64,000 bases of DNA, taken from NCBI GenBank assembly GCA_016186695.1, contig JACPLC010000005.1, forward strand, positions 852 through 64,851, in the 5' to 3' direction. The stretch's first letter is position 1, and each line of letters begins with the position of its first letter. This stretch comes from Candidatus Kaiserbacteria bacterium. Lineage in GTDB: Bacteria; Patescibacteriota; Minisyncoccia; Phycocordibacterales; UBA2100. A model generated the notes under the pieces. It saw only the letters and a program-made list of their open reading frames with translations, was not told where the DNA came from and made no database searches. Positions 1 to 10,159 of the stretch are shown in pieces. Made by a program: the position numbers and the translations under genes.

Positions 1-1512
1 GAGCTCCTTCTTCACTTCGTCTGAAAGGAGGCCGCTTTTCTTTACCTCGGCGAGCGCCTTCGAGGCTTTCGTATCAAAGAATTCAGCAAGTTGTGCTTCT
101 ACGGCAGAAACTTTTGCTACGGGCACATCGTTAAAGAGTTTCTGCCCCGCGGCGTACAGAATCGCAACCTGCATCTCCATCGCAATCGGCGCACCGTTCT
201 TCTGCTTCAAGATCTCAACCATACGCTGACCAGAGGCAATGCGATCGGCCGTTGCTTTGTCGAGATCCTGCGCAAACTGCATGAACGCTTCAAGTTCGCG
301 AAATTGTGCGAGCTCAAGTTTTAGCCCGCCGGCGACACCTTTCATCGCTTTTTTCTGCGCGTCAGATCCCACGCGCGAAACAGAGATACCAACATCGATC
401 GCCGGCCGTATGCCCTTGTTAAAAAGCTCTGCAACGAGAAATATCTGCCCGTCGGTAATAGAAATAACGTTCGTAGGAATGTACCCCGAAACGTCGCCGT
501 CCTGTGTCTCGATGATGGGAAGCGCGGTAAGAGAGCCTCCGCCTTTTTCCTTCGAAAGACATGCCGCGCGCTCCAGCAGGCGTGAGTGTAGGTAGAAAAT
601 ATCCCCGGGATACGCCTCGCGGCCGGGCGGACGCCGAAGGAGCAAGCTCAATTGGCGATACGCGACTGCCTGTTTTGAAAGGTCGTCGTAGACGACCACC
701 ACGTCGCGGCCGGCATCCATAAAGTATTCTCCGATCGCAACACCCGCGTACGGCGCGAGGAACTGGAGCGCGGCAGGAGCCGAGGCGGGCGCATCGACGA
801 CGATGGTATATTCGAGAGCGCCTGTCTGTCGGAGCTGCTCGACGATACGTGCGGTCTTCGATTCCTTTTGTCCGATTGCGACATAAATACAAATCGGACG
901 CGTCGCTTTCGGCTCGTTGCGCTGGCTGATGATGGTATCAATCGCGATCGTCGTTTTGCCGGTACTGCGATCGCCGATGATGAGCTCGCGCTGGCCGCGG
1001 CCGATCGGGATCATCGCATCGATTGCTTTAATGCCGGTTTGCACCGGCACCGAGACACGCTTTCTATCGATGACTCCGTACGATTCGCGCTCCACCGGCA
1101 TAAGCGTTGTTTTCTTGAAGGGGCCCTTGCCATCGATCGGCTCGCCGAGCGCATTCACGACGCGGCCGAGCAACTCTTCGCCCGAAGGCACCGAGAGCAC
1201 GCGTCCGGTCGATTTCACCGTCATTCCTTCCGCGACCCGCGCCGTGTCGCCCAGGACTGCCGCGCGCACACCGTCTTCTTCGAGGTTCAGCACGAGCCCG
1301 TAGAGCTCTGCCTGTGTCTTCATTGCCTCCGCAAGCTTCTTGCCCTTCCCTTCTTCAAAAAGCAACACTTCGCTCATCACAGCTTTCGAGAGACCGTCGA
1401 TCGCAACAACGCCGTCGCCCACCGCCGTCACGCGCCCCACGTGCTCGCTTTCCACGCTCGGCGCGTGTGCCTCTATCTCTTTGATGATTTTGTCAACGAC
1501 AGTGTTCGCCAT
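1..1512 (-). CDS. atpA: F0F1 ATP synthase alpha subunit (C-terminus runs off the window start)
   Basis: Reverse translation from the start codon at 1510-1512 gives [10 protein letters not shown]...[18 protein letters not shown] (Walker A) and a C-terminus matching ATP synthase alpha. The ORF track misses it because it is truncated at the window edge. Confidence 0.9.
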   Translation of the reverse strand, partial: MANTVVDKIIKEIEAHAPSVESEHVGRVTAVGDGVVAIDGLSKAVMSEVLLFEEGKGKKLAEAMKTQAELYGLVLNLEEDGVRAAVLGDTARVAEGMTVKSTGRVLSVPSGEELLGRVVNALGEPIDGKGPFKKTTLMPVERESYGVIDRKRVSVPVQTGIKAIDAMIPIGRGQRELIIGDRSTGKTTIAIDTIISQRNEPKATRPICIYVAIGQKESKTARIVEQLRQTGALEYTIVVDAPASAPAALQFLAPYAGVAIGEYFMDAGRDVVVVYDDLSKQAVAYRQLSLLLRRPPGREAYPGDIFYLHSRLLERAACLSKEKGGGSLTALPIIETQDGDVSGYIPTNVISITDGQIFLVAELFNKGIRPAIDVGISVSRVGSDAQKKAMKGVAGGLKLELAQFRELEAFMQFAQDLDKATADRIASGQRMVEILKQKNGAPIAMEMQVAILYAAGQKLFNDVPVAKVSAVEAQLAEFFDTKASKALAEVKKSGLLSDEVKKEL

Positions 1513-1517
1513 GGTGT

Positions 1518-1904
1518 TTATTGAGTTGCCCGATTATATATCGAAAGCAGGGATTTCTTATAGCTCGCATCATGGAGTCGCTCGCGGCCCTCAAGACGCC
1601 ATCCGCCAATGAGGGAGTCGTCTGCCTGTATCGCGAGATCTTCGGTATCGATACCGAGCTCGTGAAGCGCTTCTTTTGCAGTGCGTTTCGCCGCGGCCGC
1701 ATGCTTTTCGTCTGCAATGGTCAACGTTACTGACTTCTTTGCGCTCTCGCGAGCCGCAATGCGCGCAAATGCGCGGGCTATACGCGGCATGAGCGCTTCG
1801 CGTCCGTGAAGCTTCAGTGTCGCGAGAAGCTTCGAAACTGCCTCTTTGGGCTTCGCGCCTCCCTCCACCATCTCCCAAAGCGCTTGTGCGTATGCATGTT
1901 CCAT
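1518..1904 (-). CDS. atpH: ATP synthase delta (OSCP) subunit, short form
   Basis: 128 aa. The C-terminal [23 protein letters not shown] is OSCP-like, and the gene sits between atpF and atpA. Confidence 0.7.
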   Translation of the reverse strand: MEHAYAQALWEMVEGGAKPKEAVSKLLATLKLHGREALMPRIARAFARIAARESAKKSVTLTIADEKHAAAAKRTAKEALHELGIDTEDLAIQADDSLIGGWRLEGRERLHDASYKKSLLSIYNRATQ

Positions 1905-2052
1905 ACCCGGTTAGTAGAATGTGCCTTTGCGGCAGACGCCTGCCGGCTGCCGCGGCGTGAGCGACCAATTCCCACTCGTTGCACTTTGTATATGTTCTTT
2001 ATTTGTTTTCATAGTTTTTGTAAGCCTAAGGCACATTTCACTACCGGGCATA
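1905..2052. repeat. Copy A of a roughly 150-bp intergenic element with about 21-bp terminal inverted repeats (MITE-like or structured leader)
   Basis: About 85% identical to 38113-38259. Both copies begin right after the start codon of a minus-strand gene (atpH, hpf). The ends cccggttagtagaatgtgcctt / aaggcacatttcactaccggg are inverted repeats, and an internal gcggca..tgccgc hairpin is present. Confidence 0.6.
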
Positions 2053-2535
2053 TTATGAGTGTTTCTCTCTCCCGCCTACGCCAGAGGCTTCGGAACGGGC
2101 AAGCAAAATTTTCTCGGCCGCGAGCATAGCTGCGCGCGCGATCTCGCGCTCACTCTCCTTCAAGGCCTGCCGCTTTGCCTCCTCCGCGCGCGCGGCCGCG
2201 TCTTTGAGCGTCGCTTCCGCACGCGATTCGGCACTCTTCACGATCTCGCCTGCCTTTTCTTCGGCGCGGCCGCGCGCGGCAGCAACGATTCCCTCCGCTT
2301 CACGTGATGCCTCTCCGACGATCCCCTCTCCTTCTGCCTTAGAATCCGCGAGGCGGCGTGCTGCTTCTTCAGCGTCACGCACGCCTTCGGCGATCTTCTT
2401 CCGACGATCGTCGATCATCTTCAAAACAGGATCATAGAGAAAATACCAGAGAACCCCGAGCAAAAGCGCGAAGTTGAACGCCTGCACCAAGAGCAGTTTC
2501 CAATTGATGCCAAAGGCTGCGAATAGCTCGCTCAT
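2053..2535 (-). CDS. atpF: ATP synthase F0 subunit b
   Basis: N-terminal TM helix followed by a long charged Ala/Glu/Arg-rich coiled coil, in operon position. Confidence 0.8.
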   Translation of the reverse strand: MSELFAAFGINWKLLLVQAFNFALLLGVLWYFLYDPVLKMIDDRRKKIAEGVRDAEEAARRLADSKAEGEGIVGEASREAEGIVAAARGRAEEKAGEIVKSAESRAEATLKDAAARAEEAKRQALKESEREIARAAMLAAEKILLARSEASGVGGREKHS

Positions 2536-2559
2536 GTCACGACAGAAAAGTTCACCCGT

Positions 2560-2796
<237 letters not shown>

Positions 2797-2853
2797 TTAT
2801 TCGAGTAATTACTAATCAAGTATGCCGGCATTCTAGCATGGACGATTCCTGTT

Positions 2854-3600
2854 TCAATGTGCCTCCTCGCCATACGGCTCCTCGATCGCGAGCTTGATGA
2901 AAAAGAGCGTGAGAAGCGCAAAAATCGCTGCCTGCAGGAAGCCCACGAATATTTCGAAAAGCATGAGAGGCACGGGCGCGAGGAAGGGCGCAAAGAAAAT
3001 GGCGACCGCGATAATTACCTCGCCGGCGAGGATATTGCCGAAGAGCCGGAACGAGAGCGAAACAACCCGCACAAGCTCGCCGATGAGTTCGATGATGCCG
3101 ATTGCAAATCCCATCGGATTGCGCAGAGGATTCTGGATGAATTTGCTGCCGTATTTCCAGATGCCGATGGCGGCAATGCCGGTGATTTCGATGACGAAGA
3201 AGGAAATGATGGCGAGCACGAGCGGCACGGTGAGGTCGGTGTTTGGCGCACGGAGGAGAGGTTCGTGCATATATTCAAGCGAGCCGATGCCGGGAATGAA
3301 GTGGAGCATGTTGCCCACGAAGATGAAAAGAAAAATGGTCATGAGGAGCGGGAAAAAGCGCCGTGCCATTTCCCTGCTCTCAAGTGTTTCGGCCACATAG
3401 TCGTACACAAAGGTGAAAGCCTCTTCGAGAAGCGTCTGGAGGCGACCGGGGATCATCGCGAGCCTGCCGCGCACGAGGAACGCGAGCGCGACCAGAAGGC
3501 CTATCACTATCCAGCTCGTCACGAGCGTGTTGGTAATGGGAATCCCGAGGAATTCGCCGAGCTTTTCAGCTGCGATCGAGACGTGAATGCCGGACTCCAT
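2854..3600 (-). CDS. atpB: ATP synthase F0 subunit a
   Basis: Multi-TM protein carrying the conserved LSFRLFGNILAGE motif. The internal Met start at 3600 (MESGIHV) is preferred over the ORF-track start at 3696. Confidence 0.85.
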   Translation of the reverse strand: MESGIHVSIAAEKLGEFLGIPITNTLVTSWIVIGLLVALAFLVRGRLAMIPGRLQTLLEEAFTFVYDYVAETLESREMARRFFPLLMTIFLFIFVGNMLHFIPGIGSLEYMHEPLLRAPNTDLTVPLVLAIISFFVIEITGIAAIGIWKYGSKFIQNPLRNPMGFAIGIIELIGELVRVVSLSFRLFGNILAGEVIIAVAIFFAPFLAPVPLMLFEIFVGFLQAAIFALLTLFFIKLAIEEPYGEEAH

Positions 3601-3647
3601 TAGCGCGATTTTAGCACAAAATAGAGACCGGCTGAACGCGAAACGCA

Positions 3648-4262
3648 TCAGCCGGTTTTCAGTTTGTGCACCCAGAGTTCCCGATGCCCGTCCCATTTGA
3701 AACCGAGGGCTCGGGCCGTTCCGTCATAGCGCGCGCTCAGGCGAGTTTGGTGCTCTTTAAGTCTTATAGCGCGTTTCTTCGAATCTTTGATCTTGAACTT
3801 CTTCCCAACGGGATGGTCGTACCAATGGAGCTTACGCGCCGGCACGATACACACCTCGTCATACCAGCCCGTCTCTTGCGCAAGAGTGACGAGAAGCCAT
3901 ACCAATAGACGCTCCCAGCGGATGCTAGAAAATACCTTTTTCTTTCCGCCAACTCCCTGGAGCTGCTCAACTATGAGCATATCCCAATCGGGCTTGAAGC
4001 CCACAAGAGCAACCGGTTTCTTCTTCCACCGCCCTTTCGCGTTGCGAAGAACGATACCGGCTTCGGTATCCCAGTTAATCCCGCCTTCTTCCCAACTGTC
4101 CCGCCCGAAACGCATCCGCATCGAAAGAGCCGGGATTGATTCGGGAGAAACTCCCGCCCGCACAAACGCCGGTACCATCGTCCGGAGAAGCGCGCGGGCA
4201 CGACTTCTGAAGAGCGGCCGGAATCGTCCCCGACAACTCTTTGCATAGTCCGTTATCTGCAC
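3648..4262 (-). CDS. Hypothetical protein upstream of the atp operon
   Basis: 204-aa ORF with coding-like composition and no family I can recognise. Confidence 0.4.
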   Translation of the reverse strand: MQITDYAKSCRGRFRPLFRSRARALLRTMVPAFVRAGVSPESIPALSMRMRFGRDSWEEGGINWDTEAGIVLRNAKGRWKKKPVALVGFKPDWDMLIVEQLQGVGGKKKVFSSIRWERLLVWLLVTLAQETGWYDEVCIVPARKLHWYDHPVGKKFKIKDSKKRAIRLKEHQTRLSARYDGTARALGFKWDGHRELWVHKLKTG

Positions 4263-4316
4263 GTTCGCCTCCCTTAGATTTTGTGGGCAACGACCTGCAC
4301 TATGTAATACAAGAAA

Positions 4317-5186
4317 CTATTCTGTCAAATTTATCCATCGGCGAATCTCCGCGGCAACTTGTTTCTCACCTCCGTGAAAACTATGCTTCACACGCGGAAT
4401 AATGACGACCGTTCCTTTTTGCAAATGCCTCTTAAACCACGTTGCAATTTCCTTTGCGGGTTTCTTAGTGTGCTCATCGTTCCCCGCAAGCAATGCGAGT
4501 GTCGGTATCGAAACAGATGCGAGCACGCGGGGCTTCTTATTTCTCTGGCCGTAAGGAAAGACTTCTTCCGCACTGTCAGGAGTATGCAGACTTAGGAATC
4601 GCTGAGCGTCACAGGGGAACCACATGCCTAAGTGTTCGGGCATCAGAGTACGAGGCTTTCCAGCATGCACAAGCTTCTTCGCGTATGCAACGGATCTCGC
4701 CAACTTTCCTCCCCTATCCTGCTCGATGGCGATCGCGTAGTCGCTCAAAGGTCCAAAAAGAATAATTCCTTTGGCGCCGCGTGTGCCTTTTCTGCTCGCC
4801 CAGTAAAACGCTTTTTGGCAGCCTGTGGAGTGTCCCGCAAGATAGATACTTTTTGCTCCCACCCGACGTGCGAAGTTTACCGCGCCCTGAATGTCATCGG
4901 CACATTCGGCGAACACCTCGTGCGTCGCGCCCGCTAAAACCCATTCAGTTTTCCGGCCACGTTTTCTCTTAATCTCTGTTATTTTCTCGAAACCACGATT
5001 GTTGAACGTCATCACTGCGGTGTCTTTGTTGATGAGCGCCGCGACCATACGCTTCATGCTGAACGCCGAAGCAGTGAGACCGTGTATGAAAATAATCGCG
5101 TTCTTCGGCTTTTTTGGCCCGAACCAGAGTCCGTTCAGGAGATACTTTTTCGGTGTCGTTATCTCGACAACATAACAAGACAGCAT
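4317..5186 (-). CDS. Alpha/beta-fold hydrolase
   Basis: GHSTG nucleophile elbow; IFIHGL oxyanion region; 289 aa. Confidence 0.65.
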   Translation of the reverse strand: MLSCYVVEITTPKKYLLNGLWFGPKKPKNAIIFIHGLTASAFSMKRMVAALINKDTAVMTFNNRGFEKITEIKRKRGRKTEWVLAGATHEVFAECADDIQGAVNFARRVGAKSIYLAGHSTGCQKAFYWASRKGTRGAKGIILFGPLSDYAIAIEQDRGGKLARSVAYAKKLVHAGKPRTLMPEHLGMWFPCDAQRFLSLHTPDSAEEVFPYGQRNKKPRVLASVSIPTLALLAGNDEHTKKPAKEIATWFKRHLQKGTVVIIPRVKHSFHGGEKQVAAEIRRWINLTE

Positions 5187-5272
5187 TGCGTAACTCTAAC
5201 AAAAATTGGGTCCCGCGCGACAGACGCGTCGCGCGGGACAGGATGACCATTCGAATCATCAACGAGCTGCTT

Positions 5273-6469
5273 TTAGCCCCCGACTTCGGAACAACCGTAA
5301 ATCCGAAGCAAGAGTGTGCTCTTTGCCTGCTCAAGTTGGGTCTTCGGAGCAGCACCGATTCCTTTCAGACACCGGAAGGCCCCAACAACTTCCTCTGCTT
5401 GTGCAGGCATGTAGGTGAACCCGAGTAGGGAGGCCGCCTCGAACCCACTCATCATCCGCTTATCGGGCTCGGCACTTTGCATGACAAGTGATAGATCAAG
5501 GCACTTGCCGAACGTCGCCGCATCAGGCGTTGCGTCGTTGCCACCCGCAGGATCTTCGATATACCACCCTTCCGCGCTTTTAATCCAGAGTTGCTTGAGA
5601 GCATTTCCAGCCTCGAGCGCGGCAAGTATCGTGAGATCCTCTTTCTGAAGCACGAACGGGCTTCGCAGGTTGACGTGCCAGAGAATACGCGCCCACTCCT
5701 TCTTGATCCAGTATTTGCGGGAATGAGTGTTGGCTGGCAGTAATGGTTCGTCGAGAACCACCGCTATTTCCCGAAGTCCCCGAAGTATCGTTGCCGGTGC
5801 CCAACGATTTTGATGCTTGCCGAACACCGGAAAGCCGGTGTAGACGAGCACGCGATCGCCAAAGACATAGAATGTCTCACCGCTTCGGAAAATCGGAAGA
5901 ACAGGCTGCGATTTTGACGCTCGCTTTACTGCGAGAAGTCGGTCAATCCAGTTGCGAGTTTTGCCCCGCTCCGCCTTTTGCATCTTGAGCTTGGCGTTGA
6001 TCTTTTGCTGGAGGGCCTCGATGACCCTTTCCGTTTCTTTGCCCCTCCGGAGCAGACAAGGACTGTCGTAGGGCGCAGCCTGATCGCTCAAATGACCCAA
6101 GAAGCGGCACCCTACACCTGCGCCAGTCCATGAGCAGGCATATTCGCACTGTCCGCACTGCTGGAAGGTCGTGTGGCCATACTTGTACGCCGAGGAATCG
6201 AGAGAGGTTCTCTTACCGCCCGGAACAGGAAGTGTGGCCATAAGTGCGGCATGATGAATGGCGAAATCGGAAGCTGCCTCCAGGGCCTTTTCATCCTTAC
6301 CCTGGAGAATTTCGAGTGACTTTCTCACGTAGCCGATGTCGTGGGAATCGCCGCCCTCCTCTTTTCGCAAGAGTGCGATGATGTGTCCAAGGTTCTCATG
6401 ACCGAGCTGGATCAGGGCTTCGTCAGTCCACGCTTGTTTTCGGAATTCGTCGAGACTGAACTTGTGCAT
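5273..6469 (-). CDS. Hypothetical protein with an N-terminal HD-like His/Asp motif and a Cys4 cluster
   Basis: GHENLGH...DSHDIGY, then CGQCEYAC...GAGVGC; 398 aa. Family not recognised. Confidence 0.4.
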   Translation of the reverse strand: MHKFSLDEFRKQAWTDEALIQLGHENLGHIIALLRKEEGGDSHDIGYVRKSLEILQGKDEKALEAASDFAIHHAALMATLPVPGGKRTSLDSSAYKYGHTTFQQCGQCEYACSWTGAGVGCRFLGHLSDQAAPYDSPCLLRRGKETERVIEALQQKINAKLKMQKAERGKTRNWIDRLLAVKRASKSQPVLPIFRSGETFYVFGDRVLVYTGFPVFGKHQNRWAPATILRGLREIAVVLDEPLLPANTHSRKYWIKKEWARILWHVNLRSPFVLQKEDLTILAALEAGNALKQLWIKSAEGWYIEDPAGGNDATPDAATFGKCLDLSLVMQSAEPDKRMMSGFEAASLLGFTYMPAQAEEVVGAFRCLKGIGAAPKTQLEQAKSTLLLRIYGCSEVGG

Positions 6470-6585
6470 TGCATCCTCCTAGGCCTCGTGCAGGCCATTT
6501 CGGATTGTGAGTCAAGGAGCATCACGCGAATCGTGATACCCGGCGTATTGATACGCTCCCTAGGGTAGGATGTCAACGCGATGGA

Positions 6586-7848
6586 CTAGGTACCGTGCTG
6601 CCAGCTTTGGAGATATTTTTTCTGCTCGGGAGTGAGATCATCGATCTCGATGCCCATCGAGGCAAGCTTTAAAGATGCGACGGTCTCTTCTATTTCGTCA
6701 GATACCTCGTAGACCTTCGGCTCAAGGGCAAGCCCTTCGACTGCGCTCAGGGCAAGCCACTCTGCGGCAAGCGCCTGTGTTGAGAAACTCATGTCCATCA
6801 CGCTCGCGGGATGCCCTTCCGCTGCCGCAAGATTGACGAGGCGACCCTCAGAGAGCAGATACACCCTCTTTTTCCCGATCCGATACTCATCAACATTTTC
6901 TCGGACGCGCTTCGGCACGCCGCCGAGCCTTGCGAGATCCTTGATGCTGATTTCCACGTCGAAGTGTCCCGCATTGCACACAAACGCGCCGTCTTTCATG
7001 ACCTTGAAATGTTCGCCGCGGATGACGTCGATGTCGCCGGTGACCGTGCAGAAAAGATCGCCCAAGGGCGCGGCTTCTTCCATCGTCATCACGCGAAAGC
7101 CGTCCATCGCGGCTTCAAGCGCTTTCACGGCGTCGACTTCCGTGACGATGATATTCGCGCCCATACCCCGCGCGCGCATCGCGAGTCCCTTGCCGCACCA
7201 TCCATAGCCGGCAATGACGAAGGTGCGGCCCGCGACGAGCATGTCGGTCGCACGGATGATGGCCTCCAGCGTCGATTGCCCCGTGCCATAGCGGTTGTCG
7301 AAAAGATTTTTGGTCTTCGCATCGTTCACCGCGACAACCGGAATTTTGAGCGCGCCGTCTTTCGCCATCGCGCGAAGGCGTATCACGCCCGTCGTCGTCT
7401 CCTCCGTCGAACCGAGCATCGTGGAAAGAAGCTTCGGGTGATCTTTATGAATTGTTGAGACAAGGTCGGCGCCGTCGTCCATCGTGATGTCCGGTTTTGT
7501 CGCAACAACAGCTTCGATGTGTTTGAAAAAAGTTTTTCGGTCTTCGCCCGAAATCGCAAAGACAGGAATGCCATGCTCGACCACGAGTCCTGCGGCAGCT
7601 TCGTCTTGGGACGAAAGCGGATTGGAGGCGCAGAGCGCGACTGACGCACCGCCTTCTTTGAGCGTAATCATGAGGTTTGCCGTCTCGACGGTCACGTGAA
7701 GGCATGCGCCTACGCGCAGTCCTTTTAACGGCTTTTCCTTCCGGAAACGCTCGCGGATCTGGAGCAAAACGGGCATGTCTTGCGCCGCCCATTCGATGAG
7801 TTTTGCGCCCTCCTTCCCCAGCCGTTTGTCTTTAATGTCGTACTGCAC
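6586..7848 (-). CDS. ahcY: S-adenosyl-L-homocysteine hydrolase
   Basis: 420 aa with an NAD-binding GYGWCGKG motif and alignable to AhcY throughout. Confidence 0.9.
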   Translation of the reverse strand: MQYDIKDKRLGKEGAKLIEWAAQDMPVLLQIRERFRKEKPLKGLRVGACLHVTVETANLMITLKEGGASVALCASNPLSSQDEAAAGLVVEHGIPVFAISGEDRKTFFKHIEAVVATKPDITMDDGADLVSTIHKDHPKLLSTMLGSTEETTTGVIRLRAMAKDGALKIPVVAVNDAKTKNLFDNRYGTGQSTLEAIIRATDMLVAGRTFVIAGYGWCGKGLAMRARGMGANIIVTEVDAVKALEAAMDGFRVMTMEEAAPLGDLFCTVTGDIDVIRGEHFKVMKDGAFVCNAGHFDVEISIKDLARLGGVPKRVRENVDEYRIGKKRVYLLSEGRLVNLAAAEGHPASVMDMSFSTQALAAEWLALSAVEGLALEPKVYEVSDEIEETVASLKLASMGIEIDDLTPEQKKYLQSWQHGT

Positions 7849-7885
7849 GCGCGGCAGTATAGCGCAAAATCAGGCTTTTTTCACG

Positions 7886-8824
7886 CTATATCGGGAACGC
7901 TTCGCCGTAGCTCTCTTCGTATCGCTTCTTCAATTCAGAAAGCGTGAACCGATGATTTTGTGTGCCCTGCTGCTCTACAGCGTACGCCGCAACAGCGCTA
8001 CCGATTTGTGCGGAAACCTTCGGAGACTCTCCCGCGAGATATCCCGCGATGAATCCTGCGCGGAACGCATCCCCTGCCCCCGTGGGATCGAGTACGTCGG
8101 AAACATGCACCGCCTTCACACGTTCGGTGGCTCCTTTGTGCATCAGGCGGGAGCCGCTTTCGCCGAGCGTTGCCACCACAAGCGGTGTGCGGGCGCAGAG
8201 CTCTTTTTCACTCCATCCCGTCTTTTGCGTGATGAGATCGATCTCATAGTCGTTGCCGAAGAGCCCTGCCGAGCCCTCTATCCCCTTTCGCAAATCGTCC
8301 GCGGAGAGGATCGGAATTTCTTGCGCCGGATCGTAAAAATACGGGATGCCATGCTCGCGATAATGGGCCGGCAATACACGCATGTCATCAGGATTTCCAG
8401 CCCCGACGATCGCGCATGCCGCACCTTCAGTTTCTGGAAGCGCTCCGTATGCCGCCTTCCCTGCTCCGAAGGAAAACGCCGCTATCTGGTTGTCAGCCTT
8501 GTCGGTGATGATGTAGGCGGACGACGTGAGTTCACTCGTATCGATATGCACGCTCTTCGTCGCGATTTTCTGCTCCTCGAGATATTTGCGATACGCTGCA
8601 AAATCAGAGCCTGCCGTCGAGATGATCTCCGGCTCATGTCCCAAAAGCTTAAGGTTGTAGGCAATATTGCCCGCGGTGCCGCCGAAATTTTCTTCTACGC
8701 CATCTACAGCGAAACTTACATTGATGGTGTGCAATTTGTGCGCCAAAAAATGGTCGCGAAAATGCCCCGGAAAATCCATGATGCGATCGTACGCAATCGA
8801 GCCGGAAACGATGACGCGGGACAT
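7886..8824 (-). CDS. PfkB-family carbohydrate/nucleoside kinase, probably adenosine kinase
   Basis: PfkB signatures (GGTAGN, DPTGAGDAF); adjacent to ahcY. Confidence 0.75.
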   Translation of the reverse strand: MSRVIVSGSIAYDRIMDFPGHFRDHFLAHKLHTINVSFAVDGVEENFGGTAGNIAYNLKLLGHEPEIISTAGSDFAAYRKYLEEQKIATKSVHIDTSELTSSAYIITDKADNQIAAFSFGAGKAAYGALPETEGAACAIVGAGNPDDMRVLPAHYREHGIPYFYDPAQEIPILSADDLRKGIEGSAGLFGNDYEIDLITQKTGWSEKELCARTPLVVATLGESGSRLMHKGATERVKAVHVSDVLDPTGAGDAFRAGFIAGYLAGESPKVSAQIGSAVAAYAVEQQGTQNHRFTLSELKKRYEESYGEAFPI

Positions 8825-8845
8825 GGCTCAATTATAGTCCAGAAC

Positions 8846-9343
8846 CTACCACGTACCCGTGTTTTGCATCGATGCCCATGGTTCTGCGAGAGGAAGCGGG
8901 TCGCCCATTTGGAGAAGTTCTATCGAGATGCCGTCGGGCGATTTGATGAACGCGAGCTTGCCGTCGCGGGGCGGGCGGTTGATGGTGACACCCTGCTTCG
9001 TCAACTTTTCGCAAAAGTCGTAGATGTTCTCGACGCCATAGGCGAGATGCCCGAAATTTCTACCGCCGGTGTATTCCTCCGGATCCCCGCCTGCGCCAGG
9101 GCTTCGGCGGGCAGGCCAGTTGTAGGTGAGCTCGAGCACGGGAGCTACGTACGTGCTCATCCCCATCTTTCGCTCTTTTGGCGCTGCGCCCACGTCGTCG
9201 CTTGGCGCTTTGAGAAAAACGTTCGTAAATCTTCCCTTCTCGTTGTCGTATCGATACACCTCTTCGAGCCCGAGCTTCCCACAATAGAAATCAATCGCCT
9301 CCTCGAGATTTTTCACTCTCACCATCGTGTGCAAATAGCGCAT
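8846..9343 (-). CDS. gloA: Glyoxalase I / VOC-family lyase
   Basis: 165 aa with a VOC fold pattern (HTMVRVKNLEEAIDFY...GHLAYGVENI). Confidence 0.65.
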   Translation of the reverse strand: MRYLHTMVRVKNLEEAIDFYCGKLGLEEVYRYDNEKGRFTNVFLKAPSDDVGAAPKERKMGMSTYVAPVLELTYNWPARRSPGAGGDPEEYTGGRNFGHLAYGVENIYDFCEKLTKQGVTINRPPRDGKLAFIKSPDGISIELLQMGDPLPLAEPWASMQNTGTW

Positions 9344-9360
9344 CGTCGTATTCTAGCAAA

Positions 9361-10020
9361 TCATCGCGTTTTATAGATCAGAACCCAGTAGTGTTCCAAG
9401 TTCTTGTACTGAATATTCGTTGCGCGATCACGCAAGAGAGTCCTGAGCTCTCTCTCGGTAGGATAATTCTTGACTACTTCGTGCTTGCTCCCGTCTTCTA
9501 ACGCCCGCAAGCGGTAGTTATTCCCGAGTTCATCTTGCCGGTCATCGGGTCTTTCGGTCACCAGGTTGTTATCCATTAAAACTACTACGGCGCCGGGAAT
9601 GACGTAACTGCTGATCGTGTCTAGGAATCGCGGAAAATCCCGCTTCAAAACATGACTGAGGATAAATCCACCAAAGAGAGCATCGCTTCGCGGAAGATCG
9701 CCTAGCGCATACATGTCCGCGACACGGAACACTACGTTATGTTTCGTATAGGTCTTTTTCTTCGCAAACTCGATGGCGTTCTCGTTTATGTCAGTAGCAG
9801 TTACTATCTTTGCAGTTTGTGCGATCTTTTCTGTCCAAAATCCGGTACCGGCCGCAATTTCTAAAACGTTTTTATTCACGAAGACTTTCTGAAGTATGTG
9901 GATTGACGTCTGAATGTCAGGCTGTCTCGCGCGCTGTTTTTCCTCACTGTATGCGTTTCTGTCGTATTCCGATGCACGATCTCGATAATAGGAGATCATG
10001 TCTCGGTTTATTTCGTTCAT
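9361..10020 (-). CDS. Class I SAM-dependent methyltransferase (paralogue 1)
   Basis: Motif I VLEIAAGTGFWT. About 65% aa identity to the island gene at 49036-49710. Lower GC than the flanking genes, and the start codon abuts the tRNA-Glu 3' end. Confidence 0.7.
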   Translation of the reverse strand: MNEINRDMISYYRDRASEYDRNAYSEEKQRARQPDIQTSIHILQKVFVNKNVLEIAAGTGFWTEKIAQTAKIVTATDINENAIEFAKKKTYTKHNVVFRVADMYALGDLPRSDALFGGFILSHVLKRDFPRFLDTISSYVIPGAVVVLMDNNLVTERPDDRQDELGNNYRLRALEDGSKHEVVKNYPTERELRTLLRDRATNIQYKNLEHYWVLIYKTR

Positions 10021-10021
10021 G

Positions 10022-10093
10022 TGACCCTACGGGGAATCGAACCCCGCTTCCCGCCTTGAGAAGGCGGTGTCCTAGCCGATAGACGATAGGGCC
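10022..10093 (-). tRNA. tRNA-Glu (CUC)
   Basis: Manual cloverleaf: acceptor GGCCCTA/TAGGGTC, anticodon stem CCGCC/GGCGG, loop TTCTCAA, T-arm CGGGGTTCGATTCCCCG. Confidence 0.8.
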
Positions 10094-10159
10094 TTCCGCA
10101 AAATAATACTCAATAAACTATCATTTATCCACTCTCCAACCCTACATACTCTCAAATTC

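Noticed and set aside
868-1524. 218-aa plus-strand ORF and several other ORFs inside 1-1512
   Set aside because: All lie inside or antisense to atpA, which is unambiguous on the minus strand.
7775-9376. 533-aa plus-strand ORF spanning the adenosine kinase and glyoxalase genes
   Set aside because: Arg/Ala-rich shadow ORF antisense to two well-supported minus-strand genes in high-GC DNA. No recognisable domains.
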